From NCBI GenBank assembly GCA_030704615.1, contig CM060731.1, forward strand, positions 15,500,001 through 15,564,000: a stretch of 64,000 nucleotides of DNA, in the 5' to 3' direction. Below are positions 49,701 through 62,300 of this stretch, piece by piece. Under the pieces are notes generated by a model. That model saw nothing but the letters and a program-made list of their open reading frames with translations, was not told the DNA's origin and did no database searches. Numbering within the stretch: the stretch's first letter is position 1; each line of letters begins with the position of its first letter. A program made the position numbers and the translations under genes. Source of the stretch: Takakia lepidozioides (lineage: Eukaryota; Plantae; Bryophyta).

Positions 49701-52700
49701 GCTCCTCATTGTACCTGGTCACAAGTGCATGTTTGCACTCAGAACTGCAATATCTTACAACGAGTAGACAAGTGAGGTCTTAAAATTCAAATTTGTTCAA
49801 GTTGAAGAGCTTGATAGGCATACCTTTCCATAACTGAAAGGAGGCTGCTTCTGGAACTTGCGGGCAACCCAACCATTACTTTCCAGAGCTTCGTGAGTAC
49901 GGGGTAGTAGTCGGGGTCCATGAAAAGCCTATTCTGTGGACTCGCACACACAATGCAACTCAAATCATACACTTGCAGATAGGCTTTAAACGTAATTCAG
50001 ACGCCCGGATAGGAAAGTTCCAAACATATTCAAACTCTCATAACCTGTTAAGTGACCAAAATACTAAAACTGACACTTGTTCAAAAGGTAAAATAAATAT
50101 TCTGGGGACTCTGACCTTGCTTGAAAACAAAATGCATGTGTGGGGCAGAACAAGAAGCAGCACTCGTGCTCTAAAAAGCACGCGACTTGACATCTCTCGC
50201 CCTCTCTGTCCATTCAGCTTTTCGTGCTCAAAGAGAGCCGAACAGCAACTATGGCTGTTCGGGGCAAGTTTGGCATACCACCCTTGAGCTCTTGAAATGA
50301 TGAGTTCAAGATCAGATGGTGGGGTCAGGTGAACCGCATCCCTAATACCAGATACCCTAAAATGATCGACTCTATTTCTTGGAGGCATCCTGTTAAACAG
50401 GCCAAGTCCTGGCAGAACAAGGTAGAGGAGATTTTTGGGCATCCAGAAGACAATATCCACCTCTGTTGACCAACTTTCAATATCACGAGGCAGAGCCCAA
50501 CGCCCAGGGTCTAATTGCTGGGCAGCTGACACACAGAAGATTGATGCTTGTGTGAAGGGCTCTTTCTAGAGGAAATCAATCCCAGGATGGCCGATGTGTC
50601 CTTTAAAACTACCTGCTCCAGCTTAGGCTTGGATTATGTGGCTAATGGCATCATCTCGAGACTTGATAACAGAGGTACTTTGAAGGCTCTATGTGTGCTG
50701 AGTCTGAGCGTCATGTGACTGAAAGGATATGGTACTCTGAATGGTTTGCCAATCCTTGAAGTTTACACAAGACGAGCAAAATCTACACATGGGGTAATCG
50801 ACCCCCCCTCTGCCGATCGGCTGGCCGTCCAGGAGCAATCATAGGCTACCTAGACGGCAAACAATCCATATGCAAGGAGCTGGCTTGCAGCTGGGCACTT
50901 TCAACTTCTCGGGGTTGACTAGCCAAAGGAAACAATTTGAAGTAGGACAAGTTCTTCAGGTAAATGGTATTCATATCTGTGCAGGGCAAGGGACATGGGA
51001 AACTTTGGACAAACTGGTTGGAGATGTCAATGGATGTAAGTAGTTTGGTAATATGTGTGCACAGCCTCTGCCAAGCGTGGTCAAAAAGGTGTTGGCTTCT
51101 TTGTCTGTGGAATCTTGTGTGACAATTGAGAAACGTCAACAAGGGTTTGCATTATGAGCACAGTATCTGGCTGAAACTGAAATTGAAGGGCGGCATCATT
51201 AGGAAGGACCTATTTGTGGGTTGTGTTTACATGCCCACAGAGGGGACCCTTAGTGCTTACGCAGACAAAGCCTTCGAAGACGTAAAGCTGGACTGTGCCT
51301 CGCCAAAGGGCAGGTGGTCTTATTTGGTGACTTCAATGCCCGGGTGGGTAAAGGTCTTCATCAGGATGATACCATTGGGCCTTTTGGGGAGGACGACCTG
51401 AATTCTAATGGGAGACGGTTAATAAACTGTCCGGAAGAACTTCACCTTTTGACCTTGAATAATAGGTCAAAGGAGACCTAGTGAAGTGGACTCGTGAGAA
51501 AGCCCAAACTGGGGACGATCCATTGTGGATTATATCATAGTGGACAAGAGATTTGTTTCCCCAGAGTGCCAATGTGTTGATCGACAAAACTGATATTGGT
51601 ACCTCTGACCACTTCCTGGTTGGTCAAAAGGTGTTTCCCCAACACCACGGGATCTGTGCAACGTTCAATTCGGAAGTGACACATAGAAAAATTCCAAAAT
51701 GAAGAGATCAGGGCTGAGTGTGTCCAGGCCTTGCAGGAGGCTCTCCCTCACTTTGTCCATTCGCTCCAAGATCTTCAGTCTCGCTCCGGCAATGCAAGAA
51801 ATGAAGTCGGAAGAGCGGTGGGTTCTTGGGATGGTTTTGTCTCCTCTGAGGCTGACAAGATCTTTGGGAGGAACTGATTGTCTGCGTTCGAGCTGTTAAT
51901 TGGTGGATCAATGTGATCAAACTCTAGATAGCCGAGAGACGAGTCCTCTATAAAGAGTGCTGGAATTTGAAAGTCAACAAAGGAATGTGGGCTAGGTACT
52001 ATCAGATCCGCAAAGACATCAATCAACTTGTAAGGTCTCAGAAGAAATTATTTTGGGACAAGTTATACAGTGAAATAACTCAAATCACCATGATGGTAAT
52101 GACAACAGATTTCTGGTTGGCCCTTCAACATCTGTACAAGCCGAAAAATTGTCAGCAAGTACAAGCGCTGAGGACTACTAAGGGTGCAGTGGTGACTTCA
52201 ACAGTTGACATTGTCAAAACCTGTGAAACTCACTACAGTATCCTTGGCAGATGGCAACCCCATGATAGAGGCCCTTGTACTTCTCGTTAGCCGAGCCGGG
52301 GAACTATCGAGGCAAATGCAGTTGGCAAGATATTCTGCAGAGTTAGAAGTACTCGTCTCGAGGTTGACTGGAGTCTAGAGGTTGTTTCCATGAAGGCCAA
52401 GCTGGCTTTCGGAGAAAGAGGGGCTGTGTGGATCATATCTTCACTCTAAGCCAGATTATCCAGGAATTCTTGGATGTCAAAAAGGCTTATGACACAGTGC
52501 GGAGAAATGGTCTATGGCTCCGACTTTAGTCATCTGGAAACAAGGGAAAGATGGGAGAGTGGTCCATAACTTGTATGCTCACACCAAAAGCTGTGTCACT
52601 GTTATGGACAGAAGTCTAGCTTCAACGACCGAGGGGAGGGAGTAGGTGATCTCAAGTGGCAGTGTGGAAGCCAAGAGATTCCTGAAGCCTACCTTTGAAC

Positions 52701-54970
52701 AGCAACCAGATGCAGAGGGGAAAGGGGGATTGCAAATGCCCGTTGTGTGGGCAACCACAATGGGCAACCTGAAGACAATATCATTTTCTGATTCATTGTC
52801 CTGGGTACTCTCACCAGAGAGACGCCCTCTTCAAATCCATCAAGGGATTTGTGTCTGTACCTCTGTTTACCAACTCTGAAATCTCGAGGGTGAGCCAAAA
52901 GCCCAGGCCCTTTTGGAGCCTAGTTATTGGCAAATCACAGATTGATGCTTGTGTAAAGGGATTTCTAGAGGATATCTGGAAAAGTCGGATCAATTGTCTG
53001 TTCCAAGGTAAGTCATACTACCTGCGCCAGCCCCTGACAAAGGTAGTTTCTGTCCCCTTGTGTTCCGCTCAAACTGGGCGCGGAGTCAATGGCCACACAG
53101 CTACGGCAAACAATGTCTTCTGAGTACATTCTCTCTCTCCAGACCAACCAGGACTCTGCTTCCAAGGGATTGTCATAGCCAACATTTATCGAGAAGTAAA
53201 CTATTCTCTCCCTCTTTAACCCAACCCTAGCCCTCCAATTTGCATGAAGCAATATTCAAATATTGATGTCCATGGTACCAACCTCAAGCATGATAACAAT
53301 CACACCAAGAATAGAGAAGGTGCAAGGCAAGTTGTTGTGCTGCAAGGACTCTAGTAACTGTGCGAGTAACACATCGATTGCCTTTACAACCGCATCCTTC
53401 ACATCCACCCACTCCTACAAACCATCATCACCCATAAACTTCAGGTATCATGTGGCCATAATGTAGTTACAAGAAGCTTATAAACCTGTGATGTTGAAGA
53501 ATATAGAATGAGAACAGTCAGCCAGCATAGGTGACCAGCCATGTCAATGGAAGGGCTACTCGGAGACAGCAAGAGAACAGGAACAAACCAGGAACTTATT
53601 CCGCTTGATTAAGGCCACAGGGGCTCATGGGACACAGAAGAACCACTGACCAAAAAGAAAAAAGCACTAGAGGTTCTACAAAGACAGCGCAGGTAAGCAC
53701 ATGAGCACTGGGGTCTTCATGGGAAGGGTTTTTGTTAGGGACAAAGAATCACTAAAAAGACTGTCTTTCCTGGATCTTGCAGTGACGTACCGACCGAGAG
53801 AAGAAATGCTGTTCCATCTGGAAAATCTGTGAAGAAAGTTAAAATGAAAAACAATATTAGAGCCCACCCCCAACCTGGGGCAGTACCCTAGCTTGCTAGG
53901 GGACATGGCTCTTATTTATGTTGGCTTCAGCCAGAGTCTTCTCCCTCTGCTGTTCAGTCTCCAATGTGGGGGTGGTACAAATTGGATGGCTCAAATCCAC
54001 ATCAGATATCTTACTGCATCTTCCTGTCTCAATCCAGAGTGAGACAGAGAGACAAGACAGACAAGATGTATTATGTCCTACAGAAGTCCAAAGGGTCCAT
54101 GGGACACAGTACAACAACACAGGAGAACCACATTCACCAAAGAACAAGTCCAACCCAAACGTTGCACAAAGGAAGACAGCAAGAGGGGGGGAGGGAAATG
54201 GGAGGTGTGACACACATCTGATAATTAGGGTGTCACACTAACAAAGAGCTTACCCAAGGAAAGCAATGGAAATTACCAGTTTGATCACCCCGTTGTAAAA
54301 TGTCACTAGTGCATGTAAATCCACACCTGCCAGTATACCAGCACAATCCTAGGATTGTCAATCTTCCTATCTTTAAACTGTGTGCATTAAAGGTCACCAA
54401 AGAGCTCTTATTTTTTGCCTAAGCTTCTTCTTAGCAACGACCCACCAGCGTCCTCCAGAGTATGATAGGTAAGATGACAAGGGAAACTAAAACTGGTTAC
54501 TGGTCCCTGTTAGATTTTGTTTGCAAGACAAAAATAAAGGAGAAAGAACTGCAAATCCATATCCCAGAGACACAATCACAGAATTCAAAACAATCCAACC
54601 CATTCTTGTCTAGGGGTGAAAATTAACATAACAAACCCTAGCTTTCAATGCTCCTATGCAAAAAAGGGTAAGATATCAACCACTTAAGAATCAAACACAC
54701 AAGTCCAGCACTCCAGAACTTACGACTTAGGGCCTCCACTACTTTTGTTTCCTTGTCGGCAGTAGATAGAGCCATGTCGTTTTTACTTGAAGAATCAAAT
54801 GGTGGGAGGAAGCACATGCTCAGTACATCAAGAGACGAAAACGTGGCCTTGATCATCGTGATCAAGTCTCGGTGGTTGCGTGATGCTCTGGCTGATTCCA
54901 AAGTTTCCATGAGTCTTGACAGTTCTTTGGAAGGCTCCACAGCCATGGCTGCAGAATCCATCAAATCCAC
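43768..54970 (-). CDS. HECT E3 ubiquitin ligase (UBE3A/HECTD2/HERC-like), about 18 exons; 5' end uncertain, possibly extending to ~56.8 kb
   Basis: Approximate exons: 54970-54725, 54326-54278, 53414-53283, 49934-49824, 49714-49590, 49260-49145, 48728-48529, 47742-47703, 47546-47457 ([19 protein letters not shown]), 47107-46906, 46701-46642, 46525-46388, 45820-45737, 45051-44987, 44768-44702, 44533-44418 ([11 protein letters not shown]), 44176-44097 (LPTAHTCFN, catalytic Cys), 43824-43768 (EGFGLM*). Confidence 0.92.
50230..50575 (+). mobile_element. Older, diverged 3' fragment of the same LINE family as 120-6013
   Basis: Aligns to the reverse complement of ~850-1020 and ~290-335 (gtcagatggtggggtcag; gattgatgcttgtgt.aaggg). 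Confidence 0.8.
50576..53140 (+). mobile_element. Internally deleted second copy of the RTEX-like LINE, in a HECT intron and antisense to it
   Basis: Collinear with the reverse complement of 5617 to 125 with many deletions; same 3' end (aacaatgtctt.tgagtacattctctctc). Confidence 0.92.
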
Positions 54971-57900
54971 CTGTCCTTACAACCCAACTCGCATTGTCAA
55001 TTGATTAAACAGTGACTGCAACACATCTGATACAGTTTGATTTGGAAAATGCAGATGTTTGAACATTCCAAAGCCCTGGGAAATTATTAACAGAATTGAG
55101 CATGAATCAAGTCCTAGGATGGGAGTGCAAATTCAACTAACCCACAGGCCACGTATGCTCTCTCTGTCTCTCTATCCTCCTCTCACGTCATAAATTTCTT
55201 TCCATCTCTATCTTGACCCACTGTCAGGCGCTACTAGGTCAAACGAACACCATCATCAATAAAGCACCCTTTTGTTAGGGTTTTCCACTTCAATTGCAAA
55301 CAAGCATAACCCTAAAAGAGACGGGTTCTAAATTTGACAAGTATCATGAAGTCAACCACACCGCAAAGCATATGGCTGACATAACACACAATCATAGAGT
55401 GCCACCATGTATCAGACTAGAAGAGAAAAACCACAAGCATAACTGCATACCAGCACTGGGTGTAGCTTATGAGGCTAGCGCCACCGCTTCATCATGAACA
55501 CCTTCTTGCCCTGCCAAATTTCCAGTCCAACCAACTAACACATGCTTCAGGTTGAAAATCTCCAACACCCACAACAGTTGCACTAAAATTCTAAACAGGT
55601 TGCCGAGCATTATGAGTATTTAATACAGTTCATTCATCTGGCACCACACTTGCACAAAAGCAATCCTTCCCTGCAATCGGTAGAAGACTAACATCAATAG
55701 CATCTGAATGTCCTGAAGCACCACCCAATCTCGCGGCTCACAGGCCCTGCATACAGCCGCTTTCTGCATCTTTCCTTGGCATACCTCTGGGGTTTGGGCT
55801 GGTTACACTCTACTCTAGGTGTAAAGCTCGAGAAGAGCTTAACCTAACAGACGTGTCCCCAGTCTGTGTCAGCTCAACGACAAGGCCCCTGGGGCGGTTG
55901 AGACTTGGATCATCGACTCATTTCATCTGGCAAAGGGCGATCTGCAGGGCTATTTATGGAATCAAAAGTAACTTTGATTTTGATGTTAAATTGCTGAGGT
56001 TTCCTTGCTTCCTGAAGCTTCCAGATGAGGCCTGAAACATACGCCTTCATTATGAGATTCAAGGAAAGACTTTGGAAAGCCTGCTGCATGGATATAAATT
56101 GTTGAGCAACAGACATCTAACACTCCATTAAAATTCAACTGCAGTGTAAACCTAATGGCACTAGTCAGCTTAAGAAGCTAAGCGATTACATGAATTCTCC
56201 AAGTAACAGAACTCTGGCGAAGAAAGCGCAGGGACAGGCATGCGCAGGGACAGATTGGCAGAGACCGACAAGCGAGCACGAGAAGAAAACGGAAAAAATG
56301 GGTAAGACTGATTTCAAACACATTAAAGTAGATCACTAAATTGCAATCCCCATACCAAATCCCCCGAAACTATCGAATCCCAAACGAACGCGAGCTCAGC
56401 ACAAAGATGTAGAAATCTTCTACCAGAGAACGATGCACAAATTCTCGGTTGAGAGAATTCAGCTTTGATGGTGTACAGCGGGGAAGGTGAAAGATTAGCC
56501 ATCACCGGTTGCCAATTCCTTCAATCTCAGGCATAATACTCCGCAATCAGACTTCCAACAGTAGGAGAAAACACCCCACGATCCATACCCTACCTGTATC
56601 ACATCACTGCCCTCCCAATCACAGTCACAATCCCTTCACGGCTCAGGAATCCAATCCGCCATTCACAAAAATCCCTGATCACAAACCCCCTCACGTGCGC
56701 TCTTGCCCCCGCTCACTTGGAACCGGGTCCGTGTTCCCATTGGCCCGGCCCGCCTTTTCAACCTTCTACAGAACGGTACCGCGAGTTCGCCACGCGCCAA
56801 CGTTTTAGAAACAGTTGCCCGACCGCGCCCGTGACGAATCTGCGAATACGACAATTTCAGAGCGGAATCTCCCACCCGACTGCCACCTGGGACCAAGACA
56901 GGGGCTTGGAATATTTGTCATCCATCCACCCGATTTTTCGTCCAGAAGCGCCCGCCGTTTGGGCGGGCCCCCCTGCGTCGATGCGGGAATCTTTGGGCCC
57001 TGAGTGCATGCACCAGCTCTATCGCTTCCTTCTGGCGCCGTCTCCGAATCTCATCATTTCAAGCACTGATAAGGTGGGTGCATGCCTCGGGAAGAACCTT
57101 ACCTGCGAATTTCCTCGTAGCGGTGAAGGATGCCGAGAAGGGAGATGGATCGGAATGAGGAAGAAGATGAAGAAGAGCTTCGTTGCATCCCCAGGGAGCC
57201 CGAATGGTCTATGGGACGTGCAGAATTACAACGGAAAATCAAGAGAGAGTGTAAGAAACCTAAACGGTGGTCGGGAGGTGGGGAGATTGCAAGATAATGT
57301 GTAGAACTGGGTAACTGTGTGTGCCCGGCACTAAATTTGGGGACTTCGTCACTGCAACTGCTTTGGAGGGGGAGAGAGAGAGAGAGAGACTGTGTTTGCG
57401 TATTTGCATAGGTAAAAGGATAGGGTTTTGATAAACCTAAGGGCTTTACGAATGAAGGGTAAGGCGGGGCGGAGGGGCTGGCGGGAAGTAAAGGACTTTG
57501 GTTGCTGTAACTTGTGGCCACTCTGCATCCGGTTTGGATGGAGTCGGAAAGCGGAAGAGGAGGATTGGGGTAGGAGGAGAACAGAATGGCCCACTATAAG
57601 CACATTTCATCTGTGGGATTTACTTCTAAAACTGAATGTGAAAGGAGAATCAACGACATCTTTATCAAATCTCCATCTGATACGACATTCATCGTGGAAT
57701 TAAGGTCTACAGAGGTTCTTAGCTCTGAGACGCCAGTGCCCAGCTTTCGGCAGTAAACACTCAATGATATTGTGATGCGCGATTTCAGACCAGGGAAGAA
57801 AGAGGTGCGTTAACAATGCTAAGGGAGAGCTTTGACTAATGAACCTAACGTCCCAAGCCCAGGTTAATTTACATACACACGCTCGCATGTTGTCACAATG

Positions 57901-58108
57901 GCATGGCAAGTAATCTAATGGCTGGGTGCTAGTGTGCCAATTTTCGAACCCACCTACTGTACTCCTTGATGGGATGACCAACATCGTCTCCCCATGGTTC
58001 ATATCTGAGTGCACAAGTTTATACAGTGAGAACTACAATTTCATTGTCCTTCCATTTTGTATGTGACAAAGTGCTTGCCATCACGTATATGCAGGCATTG
58101 TTTTGAAA

Positions 58109-61100
58109 ATGGAGGCATCTGGAAGGACGGAGATGGCGTGGGTAGCAGTACTCTTAATGGTGCTACTTGCCCTAGTCCCACAGGGTGCTGAAACAGGTTA
58201 GTGGTACGCATCCCACTGGGTGAGCGACTCCAAGGCTCACAATGTAGATAATTGAGAAGCGAGACATTTGAGTAGGATGAGTGGTGATGTTTGGTCAAGG
58301 TTGATCGAATATACTAACTGTCTCGTTTTCAAGATGCGTTTCAAGTCTGCCATGTGGTTGATGGTTGAAGTCTGCCATGCTGTTGATGGTTAAAGTATGC
58401 TTATGTGAATATCATTGAGCACTACCGATGAAGACCATCTTTGATTGGGAGCCCTGTAAAGTGCTAGCCTTGGGGGACAGCACATTTACATTGATAGGTG
58501 GACATTAGACATCTGAGAGCATCTCTTTGGTCACTCTTTCTTTTACTTGCATGAGCTTGGAGACCCGCACTAGAGTGGATTCCTGCATTGAATTCAAGTC
58601 TTAGGAGACCACTCCCTTGTCAAATTCCATCTAAGATTGTGTAGCAGGTAATTATGCTTACAGTGAAGGGAAAGATCATGGCATGCCACTGTCACAACCG
58701 CCATGAGCCACCTAGGCAGTGGATAGAGCTCTTATGAACGGGCCCACTGATAGCAGCAAGTAATGGGTGGTCTGCAGAAATGGCAATAGTGGAGAAGCAG
58801 AAGGCAAACAATTGTCTGTATAATAGGACCTTGGCTCTTATGCTTGTGGAATATGCATTTGCGGTAAGCATACCCTTTGATGGGTCCCTTTTCCTTGTTA
58901 TTATTTTCAAACAAGTGTCGTAATGTGATTGACTTCGTTTACAAAGTGGGACACGTGTTTGTGTAGGTGTACATTTTGAACGAGACTTCACTCCTCGCTT
59001 GGACATGTTCTCGATGCCAGGGGTTGACACAGGTGCGCCTGACATGGGTTTTGTTGGCCTCAGTACTGGGCTAAACCAAGGTTGGAATTGCAGAAGTTGT
59101 TTCCATGATGTGGCCAAGGTCATGGACAGGAAGCTTAATTAGAAAAAAAAGCAAATTATTTTATTGCTGTGGTGATGCTCATTCACAATAATTCTGCTCT
59201 TATGGGGTTTAATGAAGCCAACGATTGAAAAAGATAAAGACCTTTCAAGGAGGAGGTTGTGTTGCAGTTGTTGTGCCAAATGCTCATGGCACAGCTTTGA
59301 TAGCAAAAGAGCAAGGTACACAGCAGAAGTGCAGTTAACTTTGGTGTCAATTGTCTGTTATTTTGCAAAATGACAGGGATTCAAGATTCATACACTAGTT
59401 GTGGATGTTCAACATTGCCTCCAGGTAAGCAACTTTCTGCTGGGTCTAATTCATCTTTTGCTTTTACAACAATAATATGGGGGCAAGCTTCCGCTAGACA
59501 CCAAGAAGAGAATCACCAGTTGTGCTGATTGTGGCTCATTCACCAGACCTTCCATTGTTCAGAAGAAGTCATGCCACTTGTGTGTGTGACATGTCTGTGT
59601 GTGTTCTTGCTTGCAAAGGAGGAATAGCCTCATGACAATGCAGTGTTTAGATTGGGGGGCTGTTTTTGGTCACATATTAGGGTAGATTTGTCTCATCAGG
59701 AAATGTCATGATGGTATAGGCCTTTGTTGGAGTGGCGGAAGATTTGAATGCCATTGTGATTGCTTTTCGTGGCACCCAAGAAAAAAGGTATTTAGTGTGC
59801 CCACCATCACGCAGGTTGCCAGTAGTTGTACAAGTAACCAGTGAGCTCTCATGGGCAGTTGGTTTGGTAAGATACTATTTTTGATATTTCTCACCAGGGC
59901 AGGTCTCCCCCCAGTGAAGAGCCTTAATTCCACCTTGAGATTCCTGTGTGTTTTCCGTTGATCATAGCCACTTCCGTGAATGAAAGAGAGACAGGCTGCT
60001 TGGCAAGCAGTTGATGTATATTTGAAGTAAACACTGCAAAATTGTCTTTCAGTGTGCAGAATTGGGTGGAGGACTTGCGTTTTAAGCAGCTTGATCTTAA
60101 CTATGCAGGTGTCACTGATGCTATGGTGGGCATTGTGCTACCTTCTCTCCTGCTTCCCAGATCTATGTAAACAGACATAGATGCACAGTTTACCTTTGTT
60201 AATTTCTACATAGACTGGCTCATGTCATGATATTTGGTAAGAAAAATCCATCCTATTAATAGCATGATCGCAATCTGAATGGCTGTCTTATGGTAGACTG
60301 GAGTCTGAAGTTGCCTAAAGAAAGGTGGTATGTGAATGTTATCTAATTTGACATTATTTCAGCTTTTCTAATCCATTAGCAAAGTTTGAATGTTAGAAAC
60401 AGAGTTGTAGCTCATGTTTGCCTTCATGTCAGGTACATTCAGGGTTCTATATGGCATACCACAATACCACATTGCGCGGACGCATAGTTACCTCTGTTCA
60501 AGCTATACAACAGGAAACGGTGGGCCTCAGAATTATGGTTACAGGACACTCAATGGGAGGGGCCATGGCATCCTTTTGCGCACTCGATCTTGCTGTACGT
60601 TTTCTCACTGTTACCAGATTGGTACCAGATATTTCTGCATGCAGCTGGGCCCACTTGCCGCTTCATGCAATAAGATTTTACAAAGGACATTCAATCCTCC
60701 GTGCTTACATGTTTGACTGCTGTCGGTTGCCTCATCAACCCCGCAGGACCAGTTCGAGTGGGCGCAATTCCCTAAGACAGTTCCTCGAACCTCGCATAGA
60801 CAAGGAATTCCAGATAGCTCAGAAGAAGGGCCTATCACTAGAAACAGTTAGTCAGTTAGTTAGTTTGTGAGTAGAAAAACTGAAGGCCAGGTTCTGCTTT
60901 AGTGGGGAAGCCAGTTTGGGTTCCTCCACTGATTTTAAACACTTTTCTGGGGTCGTATCTGACCTGTCCAACTCCTGAGGAAGTTTTTATTTTCCTAGCT
61001 CACCTTCTAAAACCAGAGAACATGAGTAAGGATATCTCAATTTATGGCAAACTAGTGGTGTGTGCACCGGTTTAAGTAAACATCGATGGAGATGACAGCA

Positions 61101-62300
61101 GCTCCCTTATTTTCTCAACTTGAACAATATATTTTCCTTGCAGGCAAACTATGGCATGGAAAACATTCATGTCATCACGTTTGGGCAGCCACGGATTGGG
61201 AACTCTGTGTTTGCAGCATTTTACAATGAGCTCATCCCCTGGAGCATTCGAATGACACACGAACATGATGTGGTGCCACATTTGCCTCCCTATTATCCTC
61301 ACATGGGCCAGCGCACTTACCATCACTTTGCCACAGAGGTATGTTCATGTGTATTTCCTTTCCTGTATCCTGAACTTTGCTTTAAATTCATCACTGCCCC
61401 AATTCAGTTGTGATCAATTTTGATATGAGCACTTTTGAGGACTTCTTGTTCCATAAGTATGATTTGAGTAGTTTGTTGAGATCGTACATACTCAAGGATG
61501 AAATAAAATGTATGTATGTAGTTGCATGTTATATACCCAGTCTTGGGCTGTTCTGGAATGATCCCCAATGATGGTTTTTCCTGGCTTGAGGTGTTCAGGA
61601 TCGAGGGATGCTTTGGCTAAGTTGAATGCAGGTGTGGATCTTCAAGATTTTCATAGGACGTCTGCAATATGAATTCGAGTGTATTTGCGATAGTTCTGGG
61701 GAGGACCCTACCTGTAGCAGGTTGACTTTCAAGCATGGCTTTGCAAGGCATTCTCTCCCTCTCTCTGTCGCTGGGCAGCCGTCAGACTGACATCCTATTC
61801 GATCCTGTAGCCAAATAGGATATGCCCTGTCCCACAAGCAGCAATCTGATTTTCTAGGGGTTTCTGAAGTTTCAGGAGGTCTTTGAGCGTCAAGGGAAGA
61901 GCAATTCGTGATGAACCCACCATACCAATGAAAGATTGTCTTGAAGATTGCATCTGCTCCCTAATTATGGCTACTCCTTCAATATGCTTTTATCTTGTAA
62001 GTGGCAGCAGTCAGTTGTGTTGAGATGGCGTGATATGATCAAGTTAGTCTGGGCAAGGTGGCTAGCTTTCACTTTTTCCCACAGAGGGAGTGCATCAGAA
62101 AACAGCTACAGAGCAAGAGGTAGAAAATGGGGGTCTAGTTTACTCCATTCTGGATTCACTTTGAATGTTTTTGTTCGGTTGACTCTCTCTGCGTTGTTGT
62201 TGATGTTTGCAGATCCGTCTCAGGCAACAGCATATCTGACCATTTGAATTACCTTGGGGTCTATCTCAGGGCCAAGGACAATCAAATGGACTCAGTCTAA
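58109..62300 (+). CDS. Secreted class-3 lipase (alpha/beta hydrolase), about 10 exons
   Basis: Signal-peptide exon 58109-58196; approximate further exons 58778-58863, 58967-59032, 59377-59424, 59720-59787 (IAFRGT), 60053-60125, 60433-60594 (TGHSMGGA), 61144-61338 (TFGQPR, DVVPHLPP), 61632-61720, 62213-62300 (DHLNY..stop). Confidence 0.93.

Noticed and set aside
50038-50532. 164-aa minus-strand ORF as a HECT exon
   Set aside because: It is the antisense reading of a LINE fragment.
50576-53140. Spliced LINE transcript as the origin of the internal deletions
   Set aside because: The deletion junctions I checked are not consistently GT-AG.
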